Shown here in pieces: positions 24,401 to 38,437 of a stretch of DNA of 64,000 bases. Made by a program: the position numbers and the translations under genes. Below the pieces are notes generated by a model that was not told the DNA's origin, ran no database searches, and was given only the letters and a program-made list of their open reading frames with translations. Location of the stretch: positions 14,198,001 to 14,262,000 of the forward strand of contig CM120645.1 of the NCBI GenBank assembly GCA_051362555.1. Direction: 5' to 3'. The DNA comes from Lingula anatina (lineage: Eukaryota; Animalia; Brachiopoda). How positions within the stretch are numbered: the first letter of the stretch is position 1; each line of letters starts with the position of its first letter.

Positions 24401-27400
24401 CCGATAAATCTACCTGACAAAAATCCTTTTTGGTTCTCATGCAATATTTCTGGGAGGATCGGTTTTATTCTATTTGCTATACAACTGGATATGATCTTAT
24501 AGGTTACATTTAGTAGCGTGATTGGTCTCCAGTTTTTTAGATAATCTCGTGGTTTGTTTGGTTTAGGAAGTATATTTACAATTCCCTGTCTTTGTGTAAT
24601 AGAGAATTCGCCCCTGTATAATCCATGATTAATTGATTGTACAAAATAAACTCCTAAATTTGTCCAAAAGAATTTGAAAAACTCATTCGTGAATCCACCT
24701 GGACCGGGAGTTTTATCATTTTTCATAGCCCGAAGGGCAGCGCTAGTTTCATTATATGTAATCTCTCCTTCCAGTCTTTGTGAAATAGTTTTGTTAATTT
24801 TATTGACCTTCAAGTCTTTTAAAGTAACTTCAAGATCTACCTTTTCGAGAATGACATCTTTAGATGCATAAAGCTGTTTAAAGTAATTTTGAATTTCAGA
24901 AAGAATCTCTGTCTGGTCTGTTACTATTTTATTTTCGTTATTCCGCACCTTTGTTACTGTTTTATTAATATAGTTCCTTTTTTTCCAAGGCACAAAAATA
25001 TTTACTAGGTTTTTCGCCATATTCGACCCACCTAACGCGGGAGCGTACTATATTTCCCTTTAGTTTTTCTTTTCTAAGTTCCTCTAAGTCTCTTTTATAT
25101 TACGCTAATTCATCAATATTTTCATTATTTTGATTTTCCAGTTTACTTATTTTTTCTATTAAATCATCCTCAGCCTTCCCCCTCTCTCTTTTCTTTGCCG
25201 ATGCATAGGATATAGAATGTCCCCCTATATTTAAAAGAAGTTGCTCAAAAAAACCGCTGGTCGTCAATAATAAACGATAGTATCTCATCGTCAATATTTG
25301 GCACAGCTCTTAAAAAGGGAGTGGCCGCATATTGCATTTTTGTTTCATTAATTACTTTACATACTAGATCTCTATACTCTTTATCTTTAAGAAGTAGGTT
25401 ATTATGTTTCCAAAAGCCTTTACCGCGTTTAAAAGAAGTGAATTTCACAGTCATTTCTACTATAGCATGGTCTGTTCTATATCCTGGCTTGATTGCAATG
25501 TTTTCAATCATATTGAGTAATTCAGATGAAATTAAAAAGAAGTCGAGTCTAGCTTTTTTAACTGGATTGCTAGCCCTACATGTATACCTTTTCGCTTTAC
25601 CATGTTTTAATCTCCAGGGATCATTTAAGTTGTGTTTAGCTTTTATCCCAAGTACCTTCTCTCTGGCTCTAGGATTATTCACAAACCTATAATTATAACA
25701 ATCTAATTCTGGCTCCTGTACAAGGTTCCAATCACCTGTAATCAACAAAAAATCATAATCTGAGTTAATTATACACTGATCAATATACTCATAAAATTCT
25801 GGCGTGTCCTTGTTTGGACCATATATATTAATTAGCAGCAAATTAAATTTCTCAAACAGTAAAATTTCTAAAATAAGAATATTTCCAATAGCATCACATT
25901 TACTTGTTAACACTTTATACTCAAAAGTATTTTTAAACAATATCGCCACGCCTCGAGCATTTGACCTGGCTGGGCTTAAATAAATCTCAAAACCCCAACA
26001 ACTTCTTATTGTATTTTTTTGGCTTTCCGTGAAATGCGTATCTTGTAAACATATTAGCGAATATTGCTTTTTTCTTAAGTAATCAAACACATCTTTTCTT
26101 TTCTCCACACATCCTAGTCCCCTGCAATTCAGGGTGGCCGTTCTTAGTTCTGTCATTACTTGAAGAAAAAATATACATATGTTTCTTTGATATTAAATCA
26201 ATTTATTCTTGTTCACTAGTATTAACTCCATCGGAATGCAGAGAGTCTTCCATTCGCTGTCGTCCCTCACGCGGTTGAAAAAGTCTTGTTACAAAACGCG
26301 TAACGTCGCTATATGTTGGCGCGCTTTGGGGGGCTTGTCCGTGATCCGTGGATCTCTGGGTTGCAGGGCGTGGCTGTGGTTCCGTATTCTGAGGTATGCT
26401 GCGTGGATTTCCATTGCGTGGATCCTCCTGGGGATGGTACTGTCCATTAAATAGATGTCCGTCAACATAGAGTTTATCTCTTACCATGGTTGTCCTGCGT
26501 CCTTCTGCCTTCATCTGTCTTTGAATCGGATACAGTATACGGCGCCTCTCCTCTGTCGCTGGAGGGAACTGTTCGTTAATACTGAACGGTTTTCCCTTAA
26601 AGGATTTGCTTCATACCGTCAGAATGGCCTCAACGGAACATATTCTTCAGAAAACATGCCCAACTAACGATATCTTTATCCAAATACACAAATTAAAAGC
26701 TCATTTTGTAAATTTTTGGCTTTAAAAAACGTCCTATTTGCTCGGCCTGGGAGTTAATGAGCTACGTGGTCACGTGGTCCGATGACGACAATCGAGCCAC
26801 TGGAGAACAGAGCGTGCTTAGCTGTCAAACTGAGCTGCATTGTCTACCTGTAAGATGACTTCTCTGGCTTCTGATAAAAGTTAATACTCAGTCAAATCTC
26901 TTACCCGAGGGATCTAAATCCTCATGAAGCTGTGTAAAACCATTCCCGTCTAGTCAATTCTTTAACGAGCATTTAATTATGGTTATCCCAAGTTGTATAA
27001 AACACTGCATTTGAATGAGTAAAGGGTACTGTGGATTATTGCATATGAGGGCCATGTTATTTGTGAAATTCAATTAATTTTATTAAACCGCTGACACTCC
27101 GTCTTGGATACTTTTCTTAAACTGAGGTAAACGATGCCCGTTACCTTTACAAGTCCCATCTTAATCATCCATCTAACTGGAACTTCCTTTACCTCTTAAT
27201 TAGAGGGTTAAATGGCTGGCGATATTTATCTCAGGTAAAAATCTACCTGTGCTTTAGTTTCAAAGAGAAGCTCCCGCAGACCTGGGGGTACTAGATAAAA
27301 TCTGAACACCGGGTTTATTGAGGAGCTAGAGAAACAAAGGAAGAATTTTTCCTGCACAGCTTCATAGGAATTTTAGCACGGACTTGATCCAGCTTAGACC

Positions 27401-30400
27401 TTCTAATTAACAGGGTGACATGGGCAATTTTCAAATACAAAATAAACAAATAATAAAACTATATTTCAGTTAGCCTCCTCTTAAATAAATATACCGTTCT
27501 GGATAAATTAGAACATTTATTAAATCGACAGAAAATTTTTGACTTAAATGATGATTTTATTATTAATGGAAATTAAGCTACTATATGGGGCACATTTGCT
27601 GAGATTGCGCTGTTCTTGATGTTTTGCGTTAGTCTACATTTTGCTGTGCGTGCTTGGAATTTTTTTATTTTTTATACTCACGTATGTAAAACTGCACATT
27701 TAGTAAACATTCAAGTAATGATTTTTCCCATGCTACTTATAGCAAACAATGCTCTTTTACCTTGATCTGCTACATGTTTTTGGGTTTGACAAAGCATACA
27801 AATTTGCAAAAAGTTTTGTGTACAGACGCAGAACTTGTATTTCAAGGTATAAAATCATAAATCTTTTAAATTATTTTATACTTCAGATGAAATAACATTC
27901 AGAAACAAATCCTCAAAGCATAAACGAATTAGGATTACGAACCATTTTAGTACATAAGTTCCTATTTTTTTCTTTAATATACCGCTTTTTTTCTGTTTGT
28001 TCTTCAACACGTTTTCTTCCACGGAAGTAATGCCTGGGCATACGCATGCTTCAAGTTACCCTGAGAGTAATTACTTTTATTAATGTTCGCGACGGTGTTT
28101 GAACTCAGTTGTTTAAATATTGATATTAAACGTCATTTACAAATACCAATAAAATCACCCCATGAAATAAATGAGATATTTTGAAAAATATGAAAGCCCA
28201 CCAAGACGATTTTGATACCTGTTATTACCTGGGTTGGGAAGTGCAGCGGTGCATAATTAACAGGTCTGTGGTAAACGAGCTTTTGGTCAACTACAATGCA
28301 TTTAAAATGCATCAGCAATCAGTAAGTTTGCCAACTGATGACAGTTAATCTGAAAGACTACCAGCTCTTGATATGATCTAAACCACCTGAGGTGACCATG
28401 ATCTAGAGCATCGCAACTATTGTCACCGAAGTTAGTAAGTCACGGAAGACCGTCACAGACAAAGAAAGATTGTCACAGAGAGCTGCAATTTTGGTGAATC
28501 CCACGGCAACACACCGAGGCATAACGAAAATTCCTCAACTCCGTTCAACACAACTTTCCTTAACTTCTCCGTCTGTACAGTACGCACCATGCAGCTCAGT
28601 TGAGTCTCATAGACCTTTATCGTGATTGTCGTCACAGTACCACGTGACCTAGATCTGTTGCTTCGTTTATGCATATTGAGGTGAGGTTTACTAAAACGCT
28701 TTTTGTCTACTAATAGATTGTTTTTATAATTTTTAAATGACGGGGATCGATTAAAACATAACTGTAGTGTATAGATTAAGTGCTGGATCTTCAGAATTCG
28801 AGAAATGGATTTTTATATGATTATTGTCCTTTAAGGAGGCGAGCGTTATCTTTCACAAGCTTTAGATCCTGCTGCTGTACAAAACGCGCTACAATCGGCC
28901 GCGGTCTCTCTCTCCAAGTTTTGTCTTTTTTTATTATGAATTTTTTTAAACATTTATGAAATTTATGATTAGCTTTAGGTAAAATATCATAAATATAATC
29001 AATTTTATATATTTATCCCGTATATCAAAAACATATGAACCCAACCTCTAATATGGTTCACATTTTCTTTTTAAAGATAAAGGCATTGAGATAAACTTTG
29101 GTCTAAAAGCAGAAAGCGTCACCCTGGATACACCTTACGATTATACCAGCAGAGTGCACTACTCGACCTACGCAGCCAGCAATGGTTCAAAGACTATAAC
29201 TTCGAAAACCACACAAGCAATAATTCCAGCAATGGTGCTTTCGGACCTTGATGTCTTGGATATTTGCCTTTACTATGATTGCCCCTGTCCCGGTGAGTAG
29301 GCCTATATCAAATAGCAAAGGAAAGAATGATGAGAAAGATATCATAGGACCCGCTGTCTTTGAAGCTTCTGCTGTAATAGTTTATTACTTCATGTACATT
29401 AATGTTTTAGATCAAATAAGGCATAAATGTAAATCTATTTGTTAATGACTGAAGCCAGTATTAACAATTATATTAAAAGCATTGCATTTAAGCTGCCTGC
29501 AAAATAGTATCACAGTAAAATATTAGCGTTAAAGATTGATCGGGTCATTCCTGAGTAATGTTTAGAATTCTTATTATAAGAAAGACAAGAATTAGGACTG
29601 GGTCCTTTAGTGCCCTCTATAAAAGCAATTCTCGGTCTGCTTGCAGTAGAGATTTTCGGTCAACAAGTGACTGTGAAAATGAGGTAGGGGGAGGAGTTGG
29701 AGGGTTAACCGGTCAGTACTGCAAAGGTGAAAATATCGCCTGAAATATCACTCTGGGTATATTGTTTGTCATTGTTCATATTTGCGCATGTAACCCTGCC
29801 TGGCAGGCGAGAGATGCAGAGTCACATGGGTTCTCACAGTTAAAACGATTTACTTGGTACTACATTCAACGTATCAGTCATGCATCAATCTTTTAGATCC
29901 ACCTTTACGCTCAATCATTTGCCAAGATGAAACGAAGACCATTAGTTGCCCAGCTGAACAAGTGCTTAAAGTGGTAGGGGCTGTATTTGGAAGAATAGAA
30001 GACCAGGGGGTGACCTGCCCGTCTCCACAGCCAGACGATTTTAAGACCAACGTGAAGGACTGCGCTCAAGCAACGACAATCAAAACCGTGAGAGCCAGCT
30101 GTGAGTTCAAGTCACAGTGTACGCTGACGGCTACAACTGACGTATTTGGAGACCCGTGTCCCGGCATATACAAGTATCTCATCGTCGTTTATAGATGTAA
30201 ACCTGCAAGTAAGATTCCATGCACGATTTTAATGTTCACAGTGCAATATCTTTAATATGTTTATTATAAATGTACAAGAATACCTTATTACATGACTTGG
30301 TAAGATGTAGACTGGGTTCCCATACTTAGATCTATCCATCTGGCTCGACCTAACTCCCTTGGGGTTCACGCTAAATAGTTATCAGCTCAAGAGGCTTAAA

Positions 30401-33400
30401 TGTCTGTCACGCCTACCGAATCAGCCAGGGGTAAAGATAATTACCCCCTAACAGTTTAACTAGGCGTGACAGACGTTTAAGCCGGTTAGTTTGATAACAA
30501 TTTAGTAAGACTCCCCAGGGAGATAGATAGATCCAAACATCTGTGGGAAAGGTCCCGTAGTCAAGATGATTGGTGCTATATATCGTAAAATTGCTCAGAA
30601 ATTGCAAAAAGCACCAAACGTGGCACAAATGTTCTTTGGAATATGCTAATCATTTTCTAGGGTAGTGCCAAAAATACCAAAGCGTTGGTTAGCAACTGTA
30701 CAGTTGTAGCAAGCTAATTGGACCTTTCTTGTTTACATGACTAAGAAAGGCTGGTTATTATATTTCAGGAAATCAAAATCATCAGTAGACTATTTTAAGC
30801 ATTAAAACCCAAATTGAACTAAGCCACAGTTGCTAGGCAGCACATTACCATAGCAACAAGTATTTCAAGGTGCTAAAGGGCAATCTATATAACTGTGTAC
30901 ACAATAGAAACGCAAAGAAACACAAAGAAAATATTGAAAATGAGAATTTTCTTGGAAGTCTGTTCCCTGAGAAATCTTTCAATAATAGGAAACAGTAGTT
31001 TTGATATGTAACAGTGCTTAAAACTTTACTAAATCCTATCTTGGCGCATATAATTACTCTCCCTCCCCCAGATCACATATTTAAAACAATGGATACAATC
31101 ATATTAAATTTTATCAGGAATGGTAAAAGAGGCAAAATAACGCGAGCAAGGATAGTGCCTGATAATAAAAATGGAGGGTTAAAGGCGCCACAATTAAACT
31201 TTACCAAGGTACTAAAACTTTCATGGCTTAAAAGACTTCTTAATGAAGAAAATAAGAGTAAGTGGAAAACGCTTTTTTTTTTTTTTTTTGTCAGGAAACA
31301 GGAGTAATTAATTGTGGACTTTGACTTATAAACGTTATTGATTCTTTGTGTGAAATTTAAAAAAACCCTTTGGTGAAATTTAAAAAATCCAAATGAAATC
31401 CCATCACAACGATTATACGAAAACTTGAAAATTAAAATAAATTAAAAAAAGTTAATCCGTACAAGATGGTGTAAAAATGGTATATTTTACATTAATGATA
31501 TTATAAATGACCTTGGAAATTTCCTGCCCCTAGAGGAACTCAACGAAATATTCAACCTTAACACTAACTTTTTGCACTAATTTAGTGAATGCTACCTCTT
31601 CCCACTGAAGTAAATTTTAAATAGTATCTCATGAAATAATTGACTCGACTAAAAATAGTTACCAAGTTAAATAGCACGGGCTATAAAAAAACTTAAGTAA
31701 TGATAAGTGGCATCTGACATTTAAGAATCAGATGACACAGAACTGAGGACACTCCAATTCAGAATAAATCATAGACTGTTCAATACTTATGTTTATCTTA
31801 TGCCAATTAAAAAAAGCATCACAACAATGAATGTTGGAATACTGCTAGAGAAACTATTCTTCACTATTTTTGGTATTCCCCAAAATGTTTGGGCATGCAT
31901 CATTTGCTCCGTAAAAGATAATTTAGGTGTTGTCATTATTTAAGGTAAAGAACACACTTGATGGTTTGGAGACAAGTAAGTTTGTTAGCGACTTTGATTA
32001 TCAAATCCAAGATAGCCGCCAAAATCAATATAGGATTCAGTCGTCGCATGGGCCTGCAGATTGTATATACAATCAGTATTTTAATAAGTGCAAAAATATG
32101 TCTTAAAATATTTTTAAAGGGTTTCGCCAGATCTGCAAAACAAGTGTAGCTTAACGAAATTGCTGACTTTAAGCAAAAATACGTCTTTGATTGTATGAGG
32201 AAAACTGTTAGCCATTATTCTGATCAAAACCAAGATGGTTGCAAGTCGCTGTTTTAGAAATTTGGTGTACTTTATCATTTTAAAACTGTGGGGCCCGATT
32301 ACGTTTGTAATACGTCAATTAGTACTATCCTGGGGGCTCAAAGAAGTAATTTCCGCTGCTGGTTTGGTAGCGGAGATAATAAAAAGGCCACTCAAGGTGA
32401 GTTTTATTGAGTATGTTACCAAACCTGGTTCCCAAACCATCATGTTCATGCATGATAAGCTCTGGTAGTCCCATAAGACCACAGCCAGTGAGAATTGATA
32501 GCTTTGGTCAGTGTCTCCTTTGAGGAACAAACATTAACAATATGTAAAAACACGGTTTTCAGAGAAGTATTTAACAGCAAACTCATGAGTCGTGGTCTGA
32601 AGTCAAGGAGAAGTCCTGAAAATTCCCTTTGTCCAAAAATAGGAAGAACTGCTGCCATTAACTCCATTGCCATCAACTTTGTCCTGAATGAATGAATGCC
32701 TGGTTTTCTAATGAAAACGATTCCTTCTTCATGGTGTTGGCGGTAGATTATGGGTCTAATATCATTCTTGCTAACGGTTGTGTTGCACCGTAGCTGTTAC
32801 TCACGGTGTTGGTTTGAACTACAGTTTCAAGGGGTCAAACCAAATATAGTGATTGTAAAGGAAAGAAAGACATTGACAAAAAGTGACATGTAGTATAATG
32901 CAGTTTGGCAATTTTCCAAAATGACAATACCCTACTTCATCGAGTCCATGCAACAAAAATTTTCATTTAGCAAGACATCTTGGATTTGACGGACAAAATG
33001 GCCACCACTTACCTCCATAATACCAAAAAGGGTTTCCTGTTCATATATTAGCCCATTAACGATGGTTAATAACAAAAATTAGCATATCTTTGAAGTCCTT
33101 AAAATACCCTCTTTGTCCCTTAAAATTACCTTCTATCATCGAAACAATAGCAAAAATGACTTTTGCGCCCCCAAAATAGTAAGAATCGATATATAACACA
33201 TACATGTAGCCTACGTCAAGCGCTTCAAAAATCATCATAAAATAGCAAAAATTTGTCCACTTTCAAAATGGCGAGGGGTGGCCATCTTGGATTTGAGGTC
33301 GCCAATTGTTTCTGTAATGTCAAAAATGGGTTCCTTGTCCCTAATTTAGTCAGGTTTGATAATCTCTACATGTTTTATGCAAAAAAGTAATAAAAATATG

Positions 33401-34816
33401 AAATATTATATTTTGGTGCCTAATTTGCATAATTTATGCTAACTGTGCTAATTTATACATCAATAGAGCGTGTCTCTACGGGTAGAAATATTCTTTTGGC
33501 CCAAGGAATATTTGTGCCAATGTAGACATTTGTACTACAAAATGCCCCCTTATAAAGCCTACTATAACGAAAGTAGAGATACGGGATCTCGGATTTCCGT
33601 TTACAATTTCGTTCAAGAAACCTGTCATCTACATGTATAATGGCGCTTCACACAATAGTATAATTGCACTTGTATTTCGCATACAGCCTTGCCTGTATTT
33701 TCATACGATTCTGTGCGTTCATTCTATTGTTCGAAGCGCTGGCCGTGGTGTAAGTTACAACTACTCGTCGTCCTCTGTATACGACCAAGGAGTTATAACT
33801 GTTATAACTCCTTGATACGACATACTTGTAATAGCAGATTGTATCTCGGCTGCACCTGATATGATTATACGCTCTTGTATGTAACAGAGTTAACGACGAA
33901 TAGTTCCGCTCATATATCTATTTTACTTGAGACTGTTCATTTGTTTTTTATCAACGTAAATTAAATTACTGGTTTACTTCTTTTTAACCAGGTGAGATGG
34001 TTTGGTGTACCTGCGGCGGGAAAGGAGAACCGCATTTTAGCACATGCGATGGAAGGAGGTTCCCCTATCCTGCCCCCATAGATAAAATCGGAAATTTGGC
34101 GTCCGAGCAGAGCTATTGGTGGTATGTGCGGACCAAGCATGCCCTTTTCAAGGGAGGACCACGTACATACATCAGTGCAGTTAAGTTTCGGTGCGTCGAC
34201 AGTATAGTACACTTTTACTTTAACCCCCCTGGAAACTCAGACGCTCCTAAAACGTGGGTAAGTCGACATTAACATAATCATTAAAAATCGCTGGATTCTT
34301 CTACACTACTATTAGTTTTTTTAAATAAATTAACTAGAAAGATTTTTTTCATTTTGAAACAAAGCTCATTCAGCCTGTGTTGTTTCTCACATAAAAAACT
34401 GTTAACTGTTCATGTATTGATATTCATAAAACATGCACTTCTTTAATATCTTTATATAACTATTGCAGATCGATGGCGTTCTTGTTACATACCCTCCTGA
34501 GTGGAACAAGAAGCTGCCTCCAACTGGTACAAATGGGACAATTTCTGCAGGAAATCCTGGAGTAGAGGTGGGCACGTTCAGCTTCCCCAACATTCCAGGT
34601 AGCGACAAACCGAGGACTTATGTGGCCGCTCACTGCACTATTGCTCCGGGTATCGAGGTCTCCGTGTTTGTTCGCCTTCGCACCGTGGTTGTCCAGATAC
34701 ATCCAGATTATAGGGGGAACATAAGGGGAATATGCGGAAATTACAACGGAGATGCTAATGACGATGAAACCAATCTGGCAAATACGCCTCCATGGGCTCC
34801 TCTGCTCATGCCCTAG
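15780..34816 (+). CDS. VWD-domain secreted protein, copy B: exons 15780-15891, 33992-34257, 34469-34816
   Basis: Signal peptide MSLRQVFLLPAIILQFALAYA; phase 1 then phase 0 GT-AG junctions stay in frame; CTCGGKGEPHFSTCDG and GICGNYNG VWD motifs. Confidence 0.85.
15975..19101. mobile_element. Composite interspersed repeat block, left (non-autonomous, family unassigned)
   Basis: Start (15975-16190, GTTGCTAGGCAAC-rich) matches 30642-30895; end (18852-19101) matches 33320-33563. Confidence 0.6.
20308..29292 (+). CDS. Astacin (M12A) metalloprotease exons: 20308-20333, 20707-20791, 21181-21325, 21544-21737, 29077-29292 (possible extra exon 20091-20141)
   Basis: Joined in frame: FHKDI pro-motif, RWDNAKVPYVID, TCIRW, CQSYVG, HEMMHAIGFLHEHQRPDRD zinc motif, TPYDYTSRVHY, LSDLDV..YDC; all junctions GT-AG and phase-consistent. 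Confidence 0.88.
22380..26665 (-). mobile_element. Decayed L1/Tx1-clade LINE inside an astacin intron
   Basis: ORF1 remnant (26203-26665), APE endonuclease (25245-26156; TLNCRGL, LQDTH, GDWN, TDH), RT (23842-25020; GCRQGDP, YADD), C-terminal CCHC-like fragment; several frameshifts; A-run near 22380-22397. Confidence 0.92.
29897..30208 (+). CDS. SUEL/rhamnose-binding (Gal_lectin) domain exon, in frame with the astacin exons
   Basis: Eight-Cys pattern with AVFGR, VFGDPCPGIYKYL; phase 1 acceptor TTTTAG and phase 1 donor A|GTAAGA. Confidence 0.9.
30310..30556 (+). mobile_element. ~250-bp MITE family member
   Basis: AGACTGGGTTCCCATACTTAGATC... with imperfect inverted ends; other copies at ~38438-38778, ~51807-52053 and ~55094-55333. 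Confidence 0.75.
30642..33563. mobile_element. Composite interspersed repeat block, right, containing a LINE fragment
   Basis: Both ends match the ends of 15975-19101; 30930-31900 is a degraded plus-strand LINE ORF2 3' fragment (LKTLL...NGGLKAP). Confidence 0.6.
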
Positions 34817-36107
34817 AACCAGATCCAACCGGCCAAGGGATAGAGGTAAATGTCTTCGGTTAAGTGATATTTTCACTTTTAAAGCATTTATGTTAATATG
34901 CAATTACATTAATATGTTGTTGTTTTCTTTTTTACTTATTACTTTTACTTGTAAATTTACTTATACACTTCATAGCTTCGGTACAGTGTATTTGCCATAC
35001 CAATACTTTTGTAGCATGTTTATAGAAGTACTTAACCTTCAGTAAATTAGTAATTATGCATAAATTGCGAAAAAAACTGTTTAACATATATAAAACTCCA
35101 ACTATTTCAGAATTGGAGACGACGGACCACACGATTACGGACGACGAAAATGGGGCTTTACTGCAGCATCTTCGCGACATCACTGCGATTTTTCGTGCAC
35201 AAGATTCAAAAACTTTTGATTGTTTGACACATTCTGGTATTATTTTTAGTATAATTATTAAGGCGGTGTTATATAATATAATGATAACCAGTGGGGTTTG
35301 AAAATAAGGTGACACGTTTCTGTGGAGCAGCACCCGGCGACACGATTCATTTAACTCCACTTGCATACAGACAAAATCAAAGCTATCTTACAAACACACA
35401 CGCGACAATAAGAAAATAATTGACTATCGCATTTCTTTGATTGCTTTCAATCTGTTCAAATAATGAATCTTCGTTGTGATTTTTGTGCACAAGATTCAGA
35501 AACTTTTGATTGTTTATTATCAATTTGTTGATTATCAATTAATCAGCAATGGAGATTTAAATTACTTTAAACTCTCGAAATAAGACATATACAGGGTGCA
35601 TTTTATCTATTTGGTATTATTTTATTATCATTATTAAGGCGGTGTTATATAATATAATGATAACCAGTGGGGTTTGCAAACAAGGTGGCACGTTACTGTG
35701 GAGCAGCACCTGGCGACACGATTCATTTAACTCCACTTGCATACAGACACAATCAAAGCTATCTTACAAACACACACGACAACAAGAAAATAATTGACTA
35801 TCGCATTTCTTTGCTTTGTTTCACTCTGTTCAAATTATGAATAAATGTTGCCGAATTGAATTTTTTGGTGTTGTACTGTCAATGTCTTAAAGGGTGAATT
35901 CCCCCCTCTCTCTTTTTCTCTCGCTCTTCTTCTGAATTTAATAACATCTCACAATTAAAATATTGGTACATAATAAAAAAAAAAAAACACTATTATGTAC
36001 TTTTTCGTTAAATCAAACGATCAAATAGTTGGTAAAAAATACATTAATAATAAACATAAGAGAAATCATCGTTTATAGAAACGGGTACTCGTGAAGATGA
36101 AACACCC

Positions 36108-36159
<52 letters not shown>

Positions 36160-38437
36160 AAACGAATAATACAGGTATGCCCCAAGTTAAAACACCAGTG
36201 TTAAAAAGGAGGTCATCCTTTGCGCTTTTTACGTTCACCAAACGAACAAGTGATAAGCGGGCAATACATAATTTAATCATCTTACAGAAGAGAAATTGCT
36301 GAATGTTCGAGTTGGCATTTGTATCAAAGTCAAATGAATCTCTTCCTCTACTCTCTATTGGGACTGGCTCTCTGGGTGATGAAATGCAAATTAAAAAAAA
36401 AAAAAAACTTCTAGCTGGATGGAACAGAAATGTGTGGCTACATGTACATCCGTGTGTGCCTTGTAAAAAAAAATAAGAAAAAAACCCCCGATCTCTGCGA
36501 TTCTGGTGGAGGTTGCCCTCCCCCTCCTTCGTTTCCGCGGTACAAATATTACCTTATCCTCCTTTAATTATTACCCTACGATTGTCGCAGGTATAAAATA
36601 AGTTTATGAAAAAAAATTGACACGTATACAAAATCAAGCCTTGTTTCAAATTAAAAATACAGGTTACATAAAGAGAGGAAATTTAGCTAAGATTAATTGT
36701 AAAAAAAAAGACGGGTTTAATTATTTAATAATTTACATTGTGTAACTGAAGATCTTGGCAATGTAAAATTTACATGGAACTGGAGCGTGTCTGCCGTTAT
36801 TTGCGTTTAGATGTTATGCAATTATTCGGTTTCTCTGCTTCCTGCCAGCATATTTTAATTTGGATGACATGCTATAAAATTAAAAAATTGAACTTTACAT
36901 CAAAGTATACGTCTTTCTGTTTTTTACTGCATTTTCTGCTTTGACTCGCTCGTATAACAAAATAATAGCTGATACAAATACGCAGTAAATGCAACTTTCT
37001 AGGATTCAGACAATTTTAATTATAGTAATTCTGAAAACACTTTATTATATTTTTACTTATTATTATTATTATGATTATTATTATTATTATTATTATTTTG
37101 TAATGTCAGTCCGCCTTAGACTGATATTCAACAGATTGTTACAAATTTCATAAATTTGTTTTGTCAGGTAAATTCATAAGTATAGTCACAAAATCGCCGT
37201 ATCAACTGCAGAGTGACTTTGGGCTTGGGATCCGTACATTTTTCTAAATATTATATGAAATCACTATATTTTAGTTAATATTTACACCAATCAAGTTCTG
37301 CATGTGGTTGGACCTGAGACACTTGCAGTAGGTTTTGGTTGTTATTTCAAATGTCTGGTCTGCGTGATATTATTCAGTAAGTACATGAATGTGTCTAAAA
37401 TGCCTATTTCAAAGTCGCCAGTTCTTTAATTGGAAAACAGTTTAAGACTATTTTGCCCACCTCTCCCTTTTCCTTCACAAAACTATGAATCTGCTCTATA
37501 TAAAGGATATTTGAATAATTGATGAAAGTCAAAGTGCGTAGATTGTGAATTCTTCCATCATAATCTTCAAGGGCGTATTATGATATGCGTGGTAACACTT
37601 GAGCTATAGAGGTATATAGTATAGTCCTGAGCTTAAATTATGCAGTGATTAATCCCTCAAGCTTAAGTCACACAAAAATAATATTAATTCAACATATAAA
37701 TTGAAGAATCTTTCATACACGCATACAACTCCCACCCCAAGCTTCGGCACCATTTAGCGTTTGCTTGTAAAAACCGCGGTCGAAGGCTACTCTCTTCCCC
37801 CCCCCCCTCCCCCGTATTCCTTTGCCTTCGTAGAGATCTGGCAGCTGTCCTTAACCGCTGACATCTGAATAATGGATTAATGTGGATCCCTTCGTTTTGA
37901 TTCTAAGGCGTAATACTATATGCGCCTTGACGTTCTTAAAATATTGATGTGGAAAGTATAAACCTGTGCTATAATTATGTTGATTTTGGTCAATCATACC
38001 TTATTGGCACAAGAATTGTATAAACAGATACAAGAGTCTTTTATTTTTGAGATAGTCGTAGGAAAGTCTTCTTAACCCAGAGTGGCATGTATGAAATACA
38101 GTAGTAGCAAACACAACGCGTCGTCTCGTATTAAGTTTAATTGATAGATGAAATGTAAACCACAAAAGACGACTTTCATGGAGGGGCACATGTAGCCATG
38201 GAAGGTGGCTTTATCCAAATGGGTGAGAAAATTATACCGCTAAGCATGTGCCCATTTGAACTGATCAGATTTTGATTTTGCGAACGTGTTGCTGCTGCAT
38301 GGTGGTCATTGTGTGAAGAATCTGAGAATCCGTTTAACATATAGTCCAACCCCCCCCCCCATTAGATCCTTACGGGTAATACACCTATGTAAGGGTGAAT
38401 TAATAGCGTGACACAAGTGGGTCAAAATCTAGTGCTT

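Larger units (their letters stand above)
15965..33563. other. ~17.6 kb insertion in intron 1 of copy B
   Basis: Alignment to the 434-bp intron 1 of copy C breaks after the (CA)n tract and resumes at ATAACGAAAGTAGAGAT (about 33564 vs 40238). Confidence 0.85.

Noticed and set aside
32300-32760. Coding-like minus-strand remnant in the right repeat block
   Set aside because: Interrupted by stops; no family motif I can name with confidence
34460-34903. Antisense ORFs over VWD exon 3 (also 10003-10410, 41836-42411)
   Set aside because: Shadows of the plus-strand exon, which has splice sites and VWD motifs
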